Of a DNA stretch of 62,611 nt, positions 32,394 to 44,534 are shown in pieces (position 1 is the first letter of the stretch; each line of letters begins with the position of its first letter). The DNA is from Betaproteobacteria bacterium SG8_39 (GTDB lineage Bacteria; Pseudomonadota; Gammaproteobacteria; Burkholderiales; SG8-39): assembly GCA_001303445.1 (NCBI GenBank), contig LJTQ01000001.1:1-62611 (forward strand), given 5' to 3'. The notes under the pieces were generated by a model. The model was given only the letters and a program-made list of their open reading frames with translations. It made no database searches and was not told the origin of the DNA. The position numbers and the translations under genes are program-made.

Positions 32394-33047
32394 ATGGCGC
32401 TGAACATCAATGAGATCGTCGAGGATTTCAGGCGACTCAACTGGCAGGATCCGGGCACCTGGCCGCTCATCCCGAAGGTCGCCGTGCTGCTGGCGATTCT
32501 CATCGCGGTGCCGGTGGCGGGCTATTTCCTCGACTGGCAGGGGCAGCTTGAGCAAATCGATGCCGGGCGCGGCGAGGAGCAGAAGCTGAAGGATTCCTAC
32601 GTCGCCAAGAAGCGGCAGGCCGTCAACCTCGATCTGCACAAGCAGCAGTTGCGCGAGATCGACACCCAGTTCGGCGCTCTGCTGCGCCAGCTGCCGAACA
32701 AGTCGCAAATGGATGCGTTGCTGGTCGACATCAACCAGGCCGGTCTCGGCCGCGGGCTGCAGTTCGATCTGTTCAAGCCGGCGGCGTCGGAAGTTCAGAA
32801 GGAGTTCTACGCGGAGCTGCCGATCGAAGTGAAGGTCCTCGGCAACTACCACGACATGGGCGCGTTTGCCGCCGACGTCGGAGCGCTGCCGCGGATCGTG
32901 ACGCTCAACGACGTTCGTATCAATGCGCAGAAGGACGGCAGCCTGGTCATGGAAGCGACGGCGCGCACGTTCCGCTACCTCGACGAAGAGGAAATCGCGG
33001 CGCAGCGCAGGGCGCAACAGGCCGCGCGGAAAGGACAACGGCGATGA
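32394..33047 (+). CDS. pilO: type IV pilus inner-membrane component PilO
   Basis: 217 aa. TM segment, coiled coil and ferredoxin-like C-domain (YHDMGAFAADVGALPRIVTLNDV). Position in the operon fits. Confidence 0.88.
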   Translation: MALNINEIVEDFRRLNWQDPGTWPLIPKVAVLLAILIAVPVAGYFLDWQGQLEQIDAGRGEEQKLKDSYVAKKRQAVNLDLHKQQLREIDTQFGALLRQLPNKSQMDALLVDINQAGLGRGLQFDLFKPAASEVQKEFYAELPIEVKVLGNYHDMGAFAADVGALPRIVTLNDVRINAQKDGSLVMEATARTFRYLDEEEIAAQRRAQQAARKGQRR

Positions 33048-33574
33048 GATGGCTGCTCCTGCTGGCCTGTGCCAGCCTCCTCGCCGCATGCAGCGGCGAA
33101 CAGTACAGCGACCTGAAGGAAGAGCTGCGGACGCTCACCAAGGATCTGCGCGGACGCGTTGATCCGCTGCCCGCGGTGAAGACCTACGAATCGGTCCCGT
33201 ACACGGCCGAAGCGGAGGTCGATCCCTTCCGGCCGGATCGCATCATCGTGGCGGACGCGGCCAGCGGGCCCGACGCCGGCGGCGGCCGCAAGCCGGATTT
33301 CGACCGACCGAAGGAACCGCTCGAGGCGTTCCCGCTGGAGTCCATCCAGATGGTCGGATCCATCACGCAGTTGAAGGAAACCTTCGGGCTGGTGAAGGCT
33401 GGCCAGAACCTCTATCGCGTCAAGACCGGGAACTACATGGGCCAGAACTTCGGCGTCATTGTTGCAATCAACGAGGGCCAGATCGAGCTCAAGGAACTGG
33501 TCCAAGACGGCAGCGGCGAATGGAACGAACGGACCAGCGCACTGCAACTGCAGGAAGGGGGAAGCGCCAAATGA
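33044..33574 (+). CDS. pilP: type IV pilus lipoprotein PilP
   Basis: 176 aa. Lipobox LLAACSG. ATGA overlap with pilO. C-terminal beta-domain (YRVKTGNYMGQNFGVIVAINEGQIELKEL). Confidence 0.85.
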   Translation: MRWLLLLACASLLAACSGEQYSDLKEELRTLTKDLRGRVDPLPAVKTYESVPYTAEAEVDPFRPDRIIVADAASGPDAGGGRKPDFDRPKEPLEAFPLESIQMVGSITQLKETFGLVKAGQNLYRVKTGNYMGQNFGVIVAINEGQIELKELVQDGSGEWNERTSALQLQEGGSAK

Positions 33575-35667
33575 ACATGCGGACCGCAATCTATACGCTC
33601 GCACTGTGGCTCGCGGGTCTCGGTGTCGCTGCTGCGCAAGCCAACAGCATCGACGCGTTCGACGTCTCCGAACAGGGCGGAAACGTGATCGTGCGTATCA
33701 CGACCAAGTCCCCGCTTGAATCGGTGCCGCCCAACTTTTCGGTCGCGAACCCCGCGCGCATTGCCTTCGACTTTACGGGTACGGTGAACGCGCTTGGCCG
33801 CTCGAGCCAGGATATCGGCCAGGGCGAACTGCGCAGCATGAACCTCGTGCAGGGCGCCGGCCGTACGCGACTGGTGCTCAATCTGCGACGGCCGGTGGCC
33901 CATCAGGCAAGCATCGATGGCAATAACCTGATGATCACGCTGTCCACGCCGGCAACGTCGGCGGCGGTTTCCGACGACAAGGTCGCGCACTTCGCGGGTG
34001 GTGCGGCGGAGGCCAAGCACGCCGTGCGTGATATCGACTTCCGTCGCGGCCCGAACGGCGAAGGTCGCGTCGTGATCGACCTGTCCGACGCGTCGACCGG
34101 GATCGACATCCGTCAGCAGGGACAGAACCTCGTCGTCGACCTGCTCAAGACCCAGCTGCCGGACAACCTGCGGCGGCGCTACAACGTGGTCGATTTTGCG
34201 ACGCCGGTGCAGACCGTCAGCGCGATTCAGCAGGGCGAGAACGCGCGCCTCGTGATTGCGCCGCGCGGACAATGGGAGCACAACGCCTACCAGTCCGAGT
34301 CGCAGTTCGTGGTGGAGGTCAAGCCGGTTGCGGCGGACGAATCCGGGCGCGCGAAAAAGGGCGTTTACACGGGAGAGAAGCTGTCGCTCAACTTCCAGAA
34401 CGTCGAAGTGCGCGCGGTGCTGAACGTGATCGCGGATTTTACGGACCTCAACATCATCACCAGCGACACCGTGAGCGGCAATATCACGCTGCGCCTGAAG
34501 GATGTGCCCTGGGACCAGGCGCTCGACATCATTCTGCAGACCCGCGGCCTCGACAAGCGGCGTAACGGCAACGTGATCTGGATTGCGCCGCGCGACGAGC
34601 TCGCGACGCGCGAGAAGCTTGCGCTCGAGTCGCAGCAGCAGATCACCGAGCTCGAGCAGACGCGGACCGAGTCCTTCCAGATGAACTACCAGAAGGCCGC
34701 GGACGTGCAGAAGCTGTTGTCGGACAAGACGCAGCGCATCCTGTCGAAGCGCGGTAGCGCGGTGGTCGACGCACGCACCAATACGCTGTTCGTGCAGGAC
34801 GTGCCGAGCCGGCTCGAGGAGGTGCGCAAGCTGCTTGCCCAGATCGACGTGGCGGTGCGCCAGGTCATGATCGAGGCCCGCATCGTGGAGGCAGCCGACA
34901 CCTTCAGCCGCAACCTGGGCGTGCGTCTGGGCTATCACGACATGACCGGTCGCGGGTTCGGCGTCCCCACCAACAGCTCGGGCCTGCGTGGCCTGGTCGG
35001 TGGCAGCGTGAACGACACCGGCTTCCACACCGGGCAATCGGGTACTGCGCCGGCGTTCCCCGGCGACTCGTTGGGCGTGAACCTGCCGGCGGCGGGCCTG
35101 AATGCGTTCAACGCGGGCACGTTCTCGTTCCTGCTGTTCAATCAGGCCATGACCAAGTTCCTCAACCTGGAGATTTCCGCGCTGGAGGCCGACGGCAAGG
35201 GCAAGATCATCGCCAGCCCGCGGGTGCTGACCGCGGACCAGGTCGAGGCGGTGATCGAGCAGGGTACGGAGATTCCCTACCAGCAAGCGACCTCGTCGGG
35301 TGCGACCTCGGTTTCGTTCCGTAAGGCCAACCTGGCGCTCAAGGTGAAGCCGCAGATCACGCCGGACGGCAACATCATCATGACGCTCGACGTGAACAAG
35401 GATGCGCCGGGCGCGACGACGCCGGCCGGCGTGCAGATCAGCACGAAGCACGTCAAGACCGAGGTGCTGGTCGAGAACGGCGGCACGGTGGTGATCGGCG
35501 GGATCTTCGAGCAACAGGACCGCACCGACACGACGCGGGTACCGTTCTTCGGCTCGCTGCCCTATGTCGGCTGGCTGTTCAAGAACGACACGACGACGAC
35601 GCAGAAGGCCGAGTTGCTCGTGTTCATCACCCCGCGCATCGTCAACGAGCGGCTGACGGTACGCTGA
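33571..35667 (+). CDS. pilQ: type IV pilus secretin PilQ
   Basis: Start at ATG 33571, overlapping the pilP stop. Signal peptide, AMIN-like N-domains and secretin C-domain (VLVENGGTVVIGGIF...VPFFGSLPYVGWLFK...ELLVFITPRIV). Confidence 0.93.
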   Translation: MNMRTAIYTLALWLAGLGVAAAQANSIDAFDVSEQGGNVIVRITTKSPLESVPPNFSVANPARIAFDFTGTVNALGRSSQDIGQGELRSMNLVQGAGRTRLVLNLRRPVAHQASIDGNNLMITLSTPATSAAVSDDKVAHFAGGAAEAKHAVRDIDFRRGPNGEGRVVIDLSDASTGIDIRQQGQNLVVDLLKTQLPDNLRRRYNVVDFATPVQTVSAIQQGENARLVIAPRGQWEHNAYQSESQFVVEVKPVAADESGRAKKGVYTGEKLSLNFQNVEVRAVLNVIADFTDLNIITSDTVSGNITLRLKDVPWDQALDIILQTRGLDKRRNGNVIWIAPRDELATREKLALESQQQITELEQTRTESFQMNYQKAADVQKLLSDKTQRILSKRGSAVVDARTNTLFVQDVPSRLEEVRKLLAQIDVAVRQVMIEARIVEAADTFSRNLGVRLGYHDMTGRGFGVPTNSSGLRGLVGGSVNDTGFHTGQSGTAPAFPGDSLGVNLPAAGLNAFNAGTFSFLLFNQAMTKFLNLEISALEADGKGKIIASPRVLTADQVEAVIEQGTEIPYQQATSSGATSVSFRKANLALKVKPQITPDGNIIMTLDVNKDAPGATTPAGVQISTKHVKTEVLVENGGTVVIGGIFEQQDRTDTTRVPFFGSLPYVGWLFKNDTTTTQKAELLVFITPRIVNERLTVR

Positions 35668-35706
35668 TCCGCGGCGCGGGGCACAGGCCCCGCGGTGGCG
35701 GTCGAG

Positions 35707-35730
35707 AAAAGGGGGCGCAAGCCCCCTTTT
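35707..35730 (+). terminator. Rho-independent (bidirectional-looking) terminator after pilQ
   Basis: AAAAGGGGGC (35707-35716), GCAA loop, GCCCCCTTTT (35721-35730), followed by CGTTTCC. Confidence 0.75.
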
Positions 35731-35756
35731 CGTTTCCGTCGCGTGGCGCGCCTCTG

Positions 35757-36320
35757 ATGGCCGCGCCGCGTAGAATGGCGCACGTGGGACGCCAGGCCAA
35801 CAACATATTCCTGGTCGGCATGATGGGTGCTGGCAAGACCACAGCCGGGCGGCTGCTTGCACGCCGGCTGGGGCGGCGCTTCATCGACACCGATCACGAG
35901 ATCGAGGCGCGCTGCGGCGTGGGCATTCCGCTGATCTTCGAGATCGAGGGCGAGGCCGGGTTTCGCGAGCGCGAGGCGCGCGCGATCGAGGAGTTCACCG
36001 CAGACGAGGACGTGGTGCTCGCGACGGGCGGCGGCGTGGTGCTGCGCGCCGACAATCGCAGGCGGCTTGCCGCCCGGGGCCTGGTGATCTACCTGCATGC
36101 GCCGCCGGAGGCGCTCTACCGACGGGTGCGCGGTGATCGCAACCGGCCGCTGCTCGCCACGGAGGACCCGCTCGGCCGGCTGCGCGAACTGTACGCGGTG
36201 CGTGACCCCTTGTACCGCGAAATCGCCGACGTCATCGTCGAAACCGGCTCGCAGAGCGCGCGCACGCTGTCGCGCACGCTGCTCGCGCGAGTGGAGGAAC
36301 AGTGCAAAGCCTCCGCGTAG
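35757..36320 (+). CDS. aroK: shikimate kinase
   Basis: [35 protein letters not shown] plus LATGGG. The start is uncertain (ATG 35757, ATG 35775 or GTG 35784, all in frame). Confidence 0.9.
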   Translation: MAAPRRMAHVGRQANNIFLVGMMGAGKTTAGRLLARRLGRRFIDTDHEIEARCGVGIPLIFEIEGEAGFREREARAIEEFTADEDVVLATGGGVVLRADNRRRLAARGLVIYLHAPPEALYRRVRGDRNRPLLATEDPLGRLRELYAVRDPLYREIADVIVETGSQSARTLSRTLLARVEEQCKASA

Positions 36321-37402
36321 CGCTCGGCGCGCAGGCGTACCCGATCCACGTCGGCGCCGGCATACTCGGCGACGCGGCGCTCTACGCGCCGCTCCTGGAG
36401 GGCCGGCGCGCAGCGATCGTCAGCAACGCGGTGGTCGCGCCGCTGTATCTCGAGCGCCTGCGGTCCGCGCTCGCTGCGTGCGGCGCGTCAGTCGTGGAGA
36501 TCCTCGTCGAGGATGGCGAACAGGCCAAGCGCTGGGAAACGCTCGACGCGATCATCGGCGCGATGCTCGAGGCCCGCTGCGATCGTCGCAGCGTGGTGAT
36601 CGCCCTGGGCGGTGGCGTGATCGGAGACCTGGCGGGATTCGCCGCAGCGATCTACCAGCGCGGCGTCGCCTTCATCCAGGTGCCGACCACGCTGCTCGCG
36701 CAGGTCGACTCGTCCGTCGGCGGCAAGACCGGAATCAATCACGCCCTGGGCAAGAACATGATCGGCGCGTTTCACCAGCCGCTGGCTGTGATCGCCGACG
36801 TCGGTGCGCTCGCCACGCTGCCCCCGCGCGAGCTGCGCGCCGGGCTGGCCGAAGTGATCAAGCACGGTCTGGTGCTCGATGCGGCATTCTTCGAGTGGCT
36901 CGAGGCGCACATGGAGCGCCTGCTCGGCGGCGACCCGCAGGCGCTGACGCATGCGGTGGTGCGCAGCTGCGAGCTCAAGGCACAGGTGGTCGCCGCGGAC
37001 GAACGCGAGGCGGGCCTGCGCGCGCTGCTTAATTTCGGACATACCTTCGGCCATGCGATCGAGGTCGGTATGGGCTATGGCAGCTGGCTGCACGGCGAGG
37101 CGGTGGCGGCGGGCATGGTCATGGCCGCCGAGCTCTCGGCTCGCGCCGGTCCGCTCGATGCCTCTGCGGTTGCGCGCGTGCGCGCGCTCGTCGCGCGCGC
37201 CGGGCTGCCGGTCGAGGGCCCCGACCTTGCGGCCGCGCGCTATCTCGAGTTGATGACGGTCGACAAGAAGGCGACCGCGGGCAGGATCCGCTTCGTGACC
37301 CTCGAGGCGATCGGACGCGCCGCGCTGCGCGACGACCTCGATCCGGCCGCGGTACGTGCCGCCATCGCCTGCTGCAGTCCCGCGCGCGCTGCGGCGCAGT
37401 AA
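36302..37402 (+). CDS. aroB: 3-dehydroquinate synthase
   Basis: 366 aa, GTG start overlapping the aroK end by 19 nt. [47 protein letters not shown] and [11 protein letters not shown] are diagnostic. Confidence 0.93.
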   Translation: MQSLRVALGAQAYPIHVGAGILGDAALYAPLLEGRRAAIVSNAVVAPLYLERLRSALAACGASVVEILVEDGEQAKRWETLDAIIGAMLEARCDRRSVVIALGGGVIGDLAGFAAAIYQRGVAFIQVPTTLLAQVDSSVGGKTGINHALGKNMIGAFHQPLAVIADVGALATLPPRELRAGLAEVIKHGLVLDAAFFEWLEAHMERLLGGDPQALTHAVVRSCELKAQVVAADEREAGLRALLNFGHTFGHAIEVGMGYGSWLHGEAVAAGMVMAAELSARAGPLDASAVARVRALVARAGLPVEGPDLAAARYLELMTVDKKATAGRIRFVTLEAIGRAALRDDLDPAAVRAAIACCSPARAAAQ

Positions 37403-37520
37403 GCGCGTCGCAGCCTCCAAGCCCTTGTAAGCGCTGAGGTCCGCGCGTATATTTCGCGGTTCGCCCTGCACTTTTGTGCAGAGCGGCGTAATCTGAATTA
37501 AAGATATTAAGATCAGGGAC

Positions 37521-40500
37521 TTGCACGTGGAAAAGCGACTTCCGCCGGCAGCACAAGGACTGTATCACCCCAGCCAGGAGCACGATGCCTGCGGCGTCGG
37601 CTTTGTCGCACATATCAAGGGTCGGAAATCGCACTCGATCGTCGATCAGGGTTTGACGGTGCTACGCAACCTCACGCACCGGGGCGCGACCGGCTTCGAT
37701 CCGAAACTGGGCGACGGCGCGGGCATCCTGATTCAGATTCCGGACCGCTTTTTCCGCGAGGAGATGGCCAAGCAGGGCGTGACATTGCCGAAACCCGGAC
37801 AGTACGGCGTCGGCATGGTTTTCCTGCCGCGCGAGCCCGCCTCGCGCCTCGCCTGCGAATACGAGATCGAGCGCGCGATCAAGGACGAGGGGCAGGTGCT
37901 GCTCGGCTGGCGCGACGTCCCGGTCGACAACAGCGACATCGCCGACGCGGCGCGCGCCGTCGAGCCGGTCATCCGGCAGGTGTTCATCGGTCGCGGCGCG
38001 CGCGTCATGGTGACCGACGCGCTCGAGCGCAAGCTGTTCATCATCCGCAAGGTCGCCGCACACGCCATCCAGGCGCTCAAGCTCGCGCACGGCAAGGAGT
38101 ATTACGTGCCGTCGATGTCGGCGCGCACCCTCGTTTACAAGGGCATGCTGCTGGCGAGCCAGGTGGGCGAGTACTACCTCGACCTGAAGGATCCACGCGT
38201 CGAGTCGGCGCTGGCGCTGGTGCATCAGCGGTTCTCCACCAACACCTTCCCGTCCTGGGATCTGGCGCACCCGTTCCGCATGATCGCGCACAACGGCGAG
38301 ATCAACACCGTGCGCGGCAACGTCAACTGGATCCGCGCGCGCCAGGGCGCGATCTCCAGCCCTGCGCTGGGCGACGACCTCGGCAAGATTTGGCCGCTGA
38401 TCTACGACGGCCAGTCGGACTCCGCGTGCTTCGACAACGCGTTCGAGATGCTCGTGATGGGCGGCTACTCGGCGGCGCACGCCGTGATGATGATGATCCC
38501 GGAGGCCTGGGAGAACCACGCTCTGATGGATCCGAGCCGGCGCGCGTTCTACGAGTACCACGCGGCGATGATGGAGCCCTGGGACGGACCGGCGTCGATC
38601 GCCTTCACCGACGGCCGGCAGATCGGCGCGACGCTCGATCGCAATGGCCTGCGGCCCTCGCGCTACATCGTGACCGACGGCGACCTGGTAATCATGGGCT
38701 CGGAGTGCGGCTGCCTGCCGGTGCCCGAGGAGAACATCGTCAAGAAGTGGCGCCTGCAGCCCGGCAAGATGTTCCTCGTCGACCTGGAAAAGGGCCGCAT
38801 CGTCGACGACAAGACGCTGAAGGATGCGCTCGCCAGCGGTCGGCCGTACGCGGACTGGATCGATCGGATCCGGGTCAAGCTCGACGAGGTGGAGAGCGAG
38901 AAGACGCCGCCGCTGAAAAGCCCGGTGGCGCTGCTCGACAGGCAGCAGGCCTTCGGCTACACGCAGGAGGATGTGAAGTTCCTGCTCACGCCGATGGCCG
39001 CGAACGGCGAGGAGCCGACCGGCTCGATGGGCAACGATTCGCCGCTTGCCGTGCTGTCGGACCGGAACAAGACCCTGTATCAGTACTTCAAGCAACTCTT
39101 CGCGCAGGTCACCAACCCGCCGATCGACCCGATCCGCGAAGAGCTCGTGATGAGCCTGGTGAGCTTCATCGGCCCGAAGCCGAACCTGTTGGGCATCGAC
39201 GAGATGAACCCGCCGCTGCGCCTCGAGGTTTCGCAGCCGGTGCTCGATTTCTACGAAATGGAGAAGATCCGGCACATCGAGCGCTATACGAACGGCAAGT
39301 TCAAGTGCTGCGAGTTGGACATCACTTACCCGGTCGCCTGGGGCAAGGAGGCGATCGAAGCGCGTCTGGCCTCGCTATGTGCGCAGGCGGAGGACGCGGC
39401 GCGCGCCGGCACCTCGATCATCGTGATTTCGGATCGCCTCGTCGACGCCGACCGGGTGGCCATACCGGCGCTGCTCGCGCTCTCGGCGGTCCACCAGCAC
39501 CTGGTCAACAAGGGCTTGCGCACGACGAGCGGCCTCGTGGTCGAGACCGGCAGCGCGCGCGAGGTGCACCACTTTGCGCTGCTCGGCGGCTACGGCGCGG
39601 AGGCCGTGCATCCGTACCTGGCGCTCGAGACGCTGCTGGCGATGCATCCCGACGACAGCGCCGCGGCGAGCAAGGCGGTCAAGAATTTCGTCAAGGCCGT
39701 CGGCAAGGGCCTGCGCAAGGTGATGTCGAAGATGGGCATCTCGACCTACATGTCCTACACCGGTGCGCAGATCTTTGAGGCGGTGGGCCTACAGAAGGCG
39801 CTGGTCGACAAGTACTTCACCGGCACGGCGTCGAGCGTGGAAGGCGTCGGCGTGTTCGAGCTCGCCGAAGAAGCGCTCCGCGTGCACCACACGGCATTCG
39901 GTGAAGACCCGGTTCTGGCGCATGCGCTCGAGGCGGGCGGCGAATACGCCTGGCGGGTGCGCGGCGAGGCGCACATGTGGACGCCCGATGCGATTGCCAA
40001 GCTGCAGCAGTCGACGCGCAGCAACAGCTATGCGACGTACAGGGATTACGCCGAACTCATAAACGACCAGGCGCGTCGTCACATGACGCTGCGCGGTCTG
40101 TTCGAATTCCGCTTCGGCGAGCGCACGTCGGTGCCGATCCAGGAGGTGGAGCCGGCCAAGGAAATCGTCAAGCGTTTTGCGACGGGCGCCATGTCGCTCG
40201 GGTCGATCTCGACCGAGGCGCATACCACGCTTGCGATCGCGATGAACCGCATCGGCGGCAAGTCGAACACCGGCGAGGGCGGCGAGGACCGGCGGCGCTT
40301 CGCGCCGGTGCAGGCTGGCGAATCGCTGCGCACCCGCCTCGGCGCGGGACGGGTGGAAACCGACATCGAGCTGCGCGAAGGCGACGTCCTCAAGTCGAAG
40401 ATCAAACAGGTCGCCTCCGGACGATTCGGGGTGACTGCCGAATACCTGTCGAGCGCCCAGCAAATCCAGATCAAGATGGCACAAGGGGCGAAGCCGGGCG

Positions 40501-42170
40501 AAGGCGGGCAGCTGCCGGGCCGCAAGGTGTCGGAGTACATCGCCGAGTTGCGCTTCTCGACGCCGGGCGTCGAGCTGATCAGCCCGCCGCCGCACCACGA
40601 TATCTACTCGATCGAGGATCTGGCGCAGCTGATCCACGACCTGAAAAACGCCAATCCCACGGCATCGATCAGCGTCAAGCTGGTCTCCGAGGTCGGCGTC
40701 GGCACCGTCGCCGCGGGGGTGTCGAAGGCGAAGTCGGACCATGTGACCATCTCAGGGCACGACGGCGGCACGGGTGCGTCGCCGCTGTCCTCGATCAAGC
40801 ACGCCGGTACGCCCTGGGAGCTGGGCCTGGCGGAGACGCAGCAGACGCTCGTGCTGAACCGCCTGCGCGGGCGCATCGCGGTGCAGGTCGACGGGCAGAT
40901 CAAGACCGGGCGCGACGTGGTGATCGGTGCCATCCTCGGAGCAGACGAGTTCGGCTTCGCCACCGCGCCGCTGGTGGTCGAGGGCTGCATCATGATGCGC
41001 AAGTGCCATCTCAACACCTGCCCGGTGGGTGTGGCCACGCAGGATCCTGCGCTGCGACGCAAGTTCAGCGGCAAACCCGAGCACGTGGTCAACTATTTCT
41101 TCTTCGTCGCCGAGGAAGTGCGCGAGCTGATGGCGCAGCTCGGCGTACGCCGCGTCGACGAGCTGATCGGCCGCACGGATCTGCTCGACATGCGCAAGGG
41201 CATTTCGCACTGGAAGGCGAAGGGGCTCGATTTCTCGAGGATCTTCCACATGCCGGAGATGCCGGATGAGGTCGCGCGCCACCACTGCGAGACGCAGGAT
41301 CACGGACTCGACAAGGCGCTCGACCGGCGTCTGATCGAGCTCGCACAGCCCGCGCTCCAGCGCAGGGAGGCGGTTTCGATCGAAATGCCGATCCGGAACA
41401 TCAACCGCACGGTCGGCACCATGCTCTCGCACGAGGTCGCCAAGCGTTACGGCCACGAGGGCCTGCCCGACGATACGCTCCACGTGCGCTTCGCGGGATC
41501 GGCCGGACAGAGCTTCGGCGCCTTCCTCGCGCGTGGCGTCACGCTGGACCTGATCGGCGACACCAATGACTACTGCGGCAAGGGCCTTTCCGGTGGCCGG
41601 ATTTCGGTCCAGCCTTCACCCAAGTTCCGTGGCGAGCCGACTGACAACATCATCACGGGTAACGTCGTGCTGTACGGCGCGATCGCGGGCGAGGCCTACT
41701 TCCGCGGCGTGGCGGGCGAGCGCTTCGCGGTGCGCAATTCGGGCGCGCATGCCGTCGTCGAGGGGGTGGGGGATCACGGCTGTGAATACATGACCGGCGG
41801 TACTGTCGCGGTCCTGGGCAGCGCCGGGCGGAACTTCGCCGCAGGCATGTCGGGCGGGATCGCCTATGTGCTCGATAGCGACGGCGAGTTCCGGCGCTAT
41901 TGCAATACGGCGATGGTCGATCTCGAGCCGGTGCTTGCCGAGTCCGAGCAGCAGGCCAAGGTGCCGCGCGATCTGTGGCATCTGGGCGAGGCGGACGAGA
42001 CCATCTTGCGGCGCATGATCGAGAATCATGCGCGGCATACCGGCAGCCGCCGGGCGCAGTCGCTGCTTGACGCATGGCCGGACGCGCGGGCGAAGTTCGT
42101 CAAGGTATTTCCGAAGGAATACCGGCGCGCGCTCGGCGAGCTCGCCGCGCACCGCAAGGCCGCTGCATAG
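37521..42170 (+). CDS. gltB: glutamate synthase large subunit
   Basis: 1549 aa. N-terminal amidotransferase beginning ..[17 protein letters not shown]/Fe-S central domains and GXGXG C-terminal domain. TTG 37521 or GTG 37527 start. Confidence 0.95.
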   Translation: MHVEKRLPPAAQGLYHPSQEHDACGVGFVAHIKGRKSHSIVDQGLTVLRNLTHRGATGFDPKLGDGAGILIQIPDRFFREEMAKQGVTLPKPGQYGVGMVFLPREPASRLACEYEIERAIKDEGQVLLGWRDVPVDNSDIADAARAVEPVIRQVFIGRGARVMVTDALERKLFIIRKVAAHAIQALKLAHGKEYYVPSMSARTLVYKGMLLASQVGEYYLDLKDPRVESALALVHQRFSTNTFPSWDLAHPFRMIAHNGEINTVRGNVNWIRARQGAISSPALGDDLGKIWPLIYDGQSDSACFDNAFEMLVMGGYSAAHAVMMMIPEAWENHALMDPSRRAFYEYHAAMMEPWDGPASIAFTDGRQIGATLDRNGLRPSRYIVTDGDLVIMGSECGCLPVPEENIVKKWRLQPGKMFLVDLEKGRIVDDKTLKDALASGRPYADWIDRIRVKLDEVESEKTPPLKSPVALLDRQQAFGYTQEDVKFLLTPMAANGEEPTGSMGNDSPLAVLSDRNKTLYQYFKQLFAQVTNPPIDPIREELVMSLVSFIGPKPNLLGIDEMNPPLRLEVSQPVLDFYEMEKIRHIERYTNGKFKCCELDITYPVAWGKEAIEARLASLCAQAEDAARAGTSIIVISDRLVDADRVAIPALLALSAVHQHLVNKGLRTTSGLVVETGSAREVHHFALLGGYGAEAVHPYLALETLLAMHPDDSAAASKAVKNFVKAVGKGLRKVMSKMGISTYMSYTGAQIFEAVGLQKALVDKYFTGTASSVEGVGVFELAEEALRVHHTAFGEDPVLAHALEAGGEYAWRVRGEAHMWTPDAIAKLQQSTRSNSYATYRDYAELINDQARRHMTLRGLFEFRFGERTSVPIQEVEPAKEIVKRFATGAMSLGSISTEAHTTLAIAMNRIGGKSNTGEGGEDRRRFAPVQAGESLRTRLGAGRVETDIELREGDVLKSKIKQVASGRFGVTAEYLSSAQQIQIKMAQGAKPGEGGQLPGRKVSEYIAELRFSTPGVELISPPPHHDIYSIEDLAQLIHDLKNANPTASISVKLVSEVGVGTVAAGVSKAKSDHVTISGHDGGTGASPLSSIKHAGTPWELGLAETQQTLVLNRLRGRIAVQVDGQIKTGRDVVIGAILGADEFGFATAPLVVEGCIMMRKCHLNTCPVGVATQDPALRRKFSGKPEHVVNYFFFVAEEVRELMAQLGVRRVDELIGRTDLLDMRKGISHWKAKGLDFSRIFHMPEMPDEVARHHCETQDHGLDKALDRRLIELAQPALQRREAVSIEMPIRNINRTVGTMLSHEVAKRYGHEGLPDDTLHVRFAGSAGQSFGAFLARGVTLDLIGDTNDYCGKGLSGGRISVQPSPKFRGEPTDNIITGNVVLYGAIAGEAYFRGVAGERFAVRNSGAHAVVEGVGDHGCEYMTGGTVAVLGSAGRNFAAGMSGGIAYVLDSDGEFRRYCNTAMVDLEPVLAESEQQAKVPRDLWHLGEADETILRRMIENHARHTGSRRAQSLLDAWPDARAKFVKVFPKEYRRALGELAAHRKAAA

Positions 42171-42277
42171 CCGGAACGGCGAGCGCGGACCCCTCGGGAT
42201 TCCGGATCCTTCCGGTACCGCCGGAGCCCGGGGCCCTTCGAAGGAATTACGCAGGCGGATAGGAACGGAAGCGAAAC

Positions 42278-43735
42278 ATGGGCAAAGTCACCGGATTTCT
42301 CGAGTATCAGCGCCTCGCTGAGGCTGCCGAGCCGATTGAGGAGCGCAAGAAGCACTACCGGGAATTCGTCCTTCACCTGAGCGACGAGGAGGCGAAAGTC
42401 CAGGGCGCGCGCTGCATGGATTGCGGCACCCCGTTTTGCATGTCGGGTTGCCCGGTGAACAACGTCATCCCCGACTTCAACGACCTGGTGTTCCGGCAGG
42501 ATTGGCAGCAGGCGATCGAGACGCTGCATTCGACGAACAATTTCCCGGAATTCACCGGGCGCGTCTGTCCGGCGCCCTGCGAAGAGGCCTGCGTCCTGCG
42601 CATCAACAATGATGCGGTTGGCATCAAGTCGATCGAGCACGCGATCATCGACAAGGCATGGGAGGCGGGCTGGGTCGCGCCACAACCGGCCTCGCACAAA
42701 ACCGGCAAGCGGGTCGCCGTCGTCGGCTCGGGGCCCGCGGGGCTGGCCTGCGCGCAGCAGCTTGCGCGCGCAGGGCACGAAGCCGTGGTGTTCGAGAAGA
42801 ACGACCGCCCGGGTGGGCTTCTGCGCTACGGTATTCCGGACTTCAAGCTTGAGAAATGGCTGATCGACCGCCGCCTTGCCCAACTGCAGTCCGAGGGCGT
42901 CTCGATCCGGACCAATCACGTGGTGGGCGAGGCACCCGTCGGCGCCGGTAACGCGGACGCCGTGGCGCTCGATCCGGCGACGATCATCGATGAATTCGAT
43001 GCCGTCGTGCTTGCCGGCGGCGCTGAACAGCCACGCGATCTGCCGATCCCCGGGCGCGACCTCGACGGCGTTCACTTCGCCATGCAGTTCCTGCCGTTGC
43101 AGAACCGGCGTGTCGCCGGGGACACGGGGGTCAAGGATCTTTGGGCGACCGACAAGCATGTCGTCGTCATTGGCGGCGGCGATACCGGCTCGGACTGTGT
43201 CGGCACGTCTAATCGGCATGGCGCAAAATCAGTCACCCAGTTCGAGCTGCTGCCGATGCCGCCGGATCCGGAACGCAACCCGGTATGGCCCTACTGGCCG
43301 ACGCGGCTGCGCACCTCCTCTTCACACGAGGAAGGCGTTGCGCGCGACTGGTCGGTGGCGACCAAGGAATTCATCGGCGAGAACGGGCGCGTAACAGCGC
43401 TCAGGGGCGTGCGCCTGGAATGGAGGGACGGCAAGATGCACGAGATTCTCGACTCGGAGTTCACGCTGCCCGCGGATCTCGTGCTGCTGGCGATGGGGTT
43501 CGTCTCCCCGGTTCAGACCCTGCTCGACGCCTTCGGCGTGGCGAAAGATCCCCGCGGCAATGCGCAGGCGACGACCGAGGGCGAAGGCTGTTACGTCACC
43601 TCTGCGCCCAAGGTGTTCACCGCGGGTGACATGCGACGTGGCCAATCGCTCGTCGTGTGGGCGATCCGCGAAGGCCGCCAGTGCGCCCGCGCAGTAGACG
43701 AATTCCTCATGGGGTCGTCGGAACTGCCGCGCTGA
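42278..43735 (+). CDS. gltD: glutamate synthase small subunit
   Basis: 485 aa. Fe-S motif [13 protein letters not shown]...CPVNN, CPAPCE, and FAD/NAD folds [14 protein letters not shown] and [13 protein letters not shown]. Confidence 0.95.
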   Translation: MGKVTGFLEYQRLAEAAEPIEERKKHYREFVLHLSDEEAKVQGARCMDCGTPFCMSGCPVNNVIPDFNDLVFRQDWQQAIETLHSTNNFPEFTGRVCPAPCEEACVLRINNDAVGIKSIEHAIIDKAWEAGWVAPQPASHKTGKRVAVVGSGPAGLACAQQLARAGHEAVVFEKNDRPGGLLRYGIPDFKLEKWLIDRRLAQLQSEGVSIRTNHVVGEAPVGAGNADAVALDPATIIDEFDAVVLAGGAEQPRDLPIPGRDLDGVHFAMQFLPLQNRRVAGDTGVKDLWATDKHVVVIGGGDTGSDCVGTSNRHGAKSVTQFELLPMPPDPERNPVWPYWPTRLRTSSSHEEGVARDWSVATKEFIGENGRVTALRGVRLEWRDGKMHEILDSEFTLPADLVLLAMGFVSPVQTLLDAFGVAKDPRGNAQATTEGEGCYVTSAPKVFTAGDMRRGQSLVVWAIREGRQCARAVDEFLMGSSELPR

Positions 43736-43743
43736 GACACGCG

Positions 43744-44388
43744 ATGGCCGCGCATGCGGGTCCGCGGGTATTCCGCCTGAGCGACGCCGAGCTTGCGGCG
43801 ATTCGCGCGCATGCCATCACGCGAAAGCATCCTAAGAACACCATCATCGTCAGCGAGGGCGACAGCACCGACGGCTTGTTCATCGTGATCGATGGGCGCG
43901 TCAAGGTTTTCGTCAGCGACGAGGACGGGCACGAAGTGGTGCTCGGCACGCACGGACCCGGCGAGTATTTCGGCGAGATGGCGCTCGATGCGGGGCCACG
44001 CTCGGCGTCGGTTGTCACCCTCGAGCCCTGCCAGCTGCTTGTCGTGCCGAAAGAGGACTTTCGCGAGTTCGTCGAGCGCAACCCGGCGTTCGCGTCCAGC
44101 CTGATCGGCAAGCTCATCGCGCGCGTGCGGGCGCTGACCGACAACGTCAAGAGCCTTGCCCTGATGGACGTCTATGGCCGCTTGGCGCGGCTGCTTCTCG
44201 AACTGGCCGAGGAGCGCGATGGCGTACTGATGATCGGCGAGCGGCTCACGCAGCAGGAGATCGCCAGCCGTATCGGCGCCTCGCGCGAGATGGTGAGCCG
44301 CATCCTGAAGGACCTGACGACCGGTGGGTACATCACCCAGTCCCGCGCGGGCATCGTGTTACATCGCCGACCCCCGCTGCACTGGTAA
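43744..44388 (+). CDS. Crp/Fnr-family transcription regulator with cyclic-nucleotide-binding domain
   Basis: Start at ATG 43744, 8 nt after the gltD stop. cNMP pocket FGEMALDAGPRSASVV, C-terminal HTH (TQQEIASRIGASREMVSRILKDL). No N-terminal Cys cluster, so not an FNR-type O2 sensor. Confidence 0.85.
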   Translation: MAAHAGPRVFRLSDAELAAIRAHAITRKHPKNTIIVSEGDSTDGLFIVIDGRVKVFVSDEDGHEVVLGTHGPGEYFGEMALDAGPRSASVVTLEPCQLLVVPKEDFREFVERNPAFASSLIGKLIARVRALTDNVKSLALMDVYGRLARLLLELAEERDGVLMIGERLTQQEIASRIGASREMVSRILKDLTTGGYITQSRAGIVLHRRPPLHW

Positions 44389-44534
44389 TTTGCCGCGAAT
44401 GCTGCATCGCAGCGCCTGCGGCACCGCAAGCGCGAATGTGAATATTCCCGCGCGAGCGTGCGTCACGCTTCACTTCGCCGATCGCGCCCGAAGGCCTACT
44501 GTGGAGCCATGGACAACGCGCCTTGGAGAAGACG

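Noticed and set aside
33433-35862. Very long ORFs antisense to, or out of frame with, recognisable genes. Examples: 33433-35862 (809 aa, opposite pilQ), 46799-49078 (759 aa, opposite the kinase), 53080-55101 (673 aa), 57833-59587 (584 aa, opposite glmS), 28497-30410 (opposite mrcA), 638-2635, 37662-39275 and 59600-61102.
   Set aside because: - They are typical high-GC shadow ORFs.
- Their translations are Arg/Ala/Gly/Pro-rich and low in complexity, with no family motifs.
- In every case the overlapping frame encodes a protein with unmistakable conserved signatures.
43744-44388. Annotating the Crp/Fnr-family regulator as the oxygen sensor FNR/Anr.
   Set aside because: - There is no N-terminal cysteine cluster for a 4Fe-4S centre.
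- It has the cNMP-phosphate-binding RSAS motif instead.
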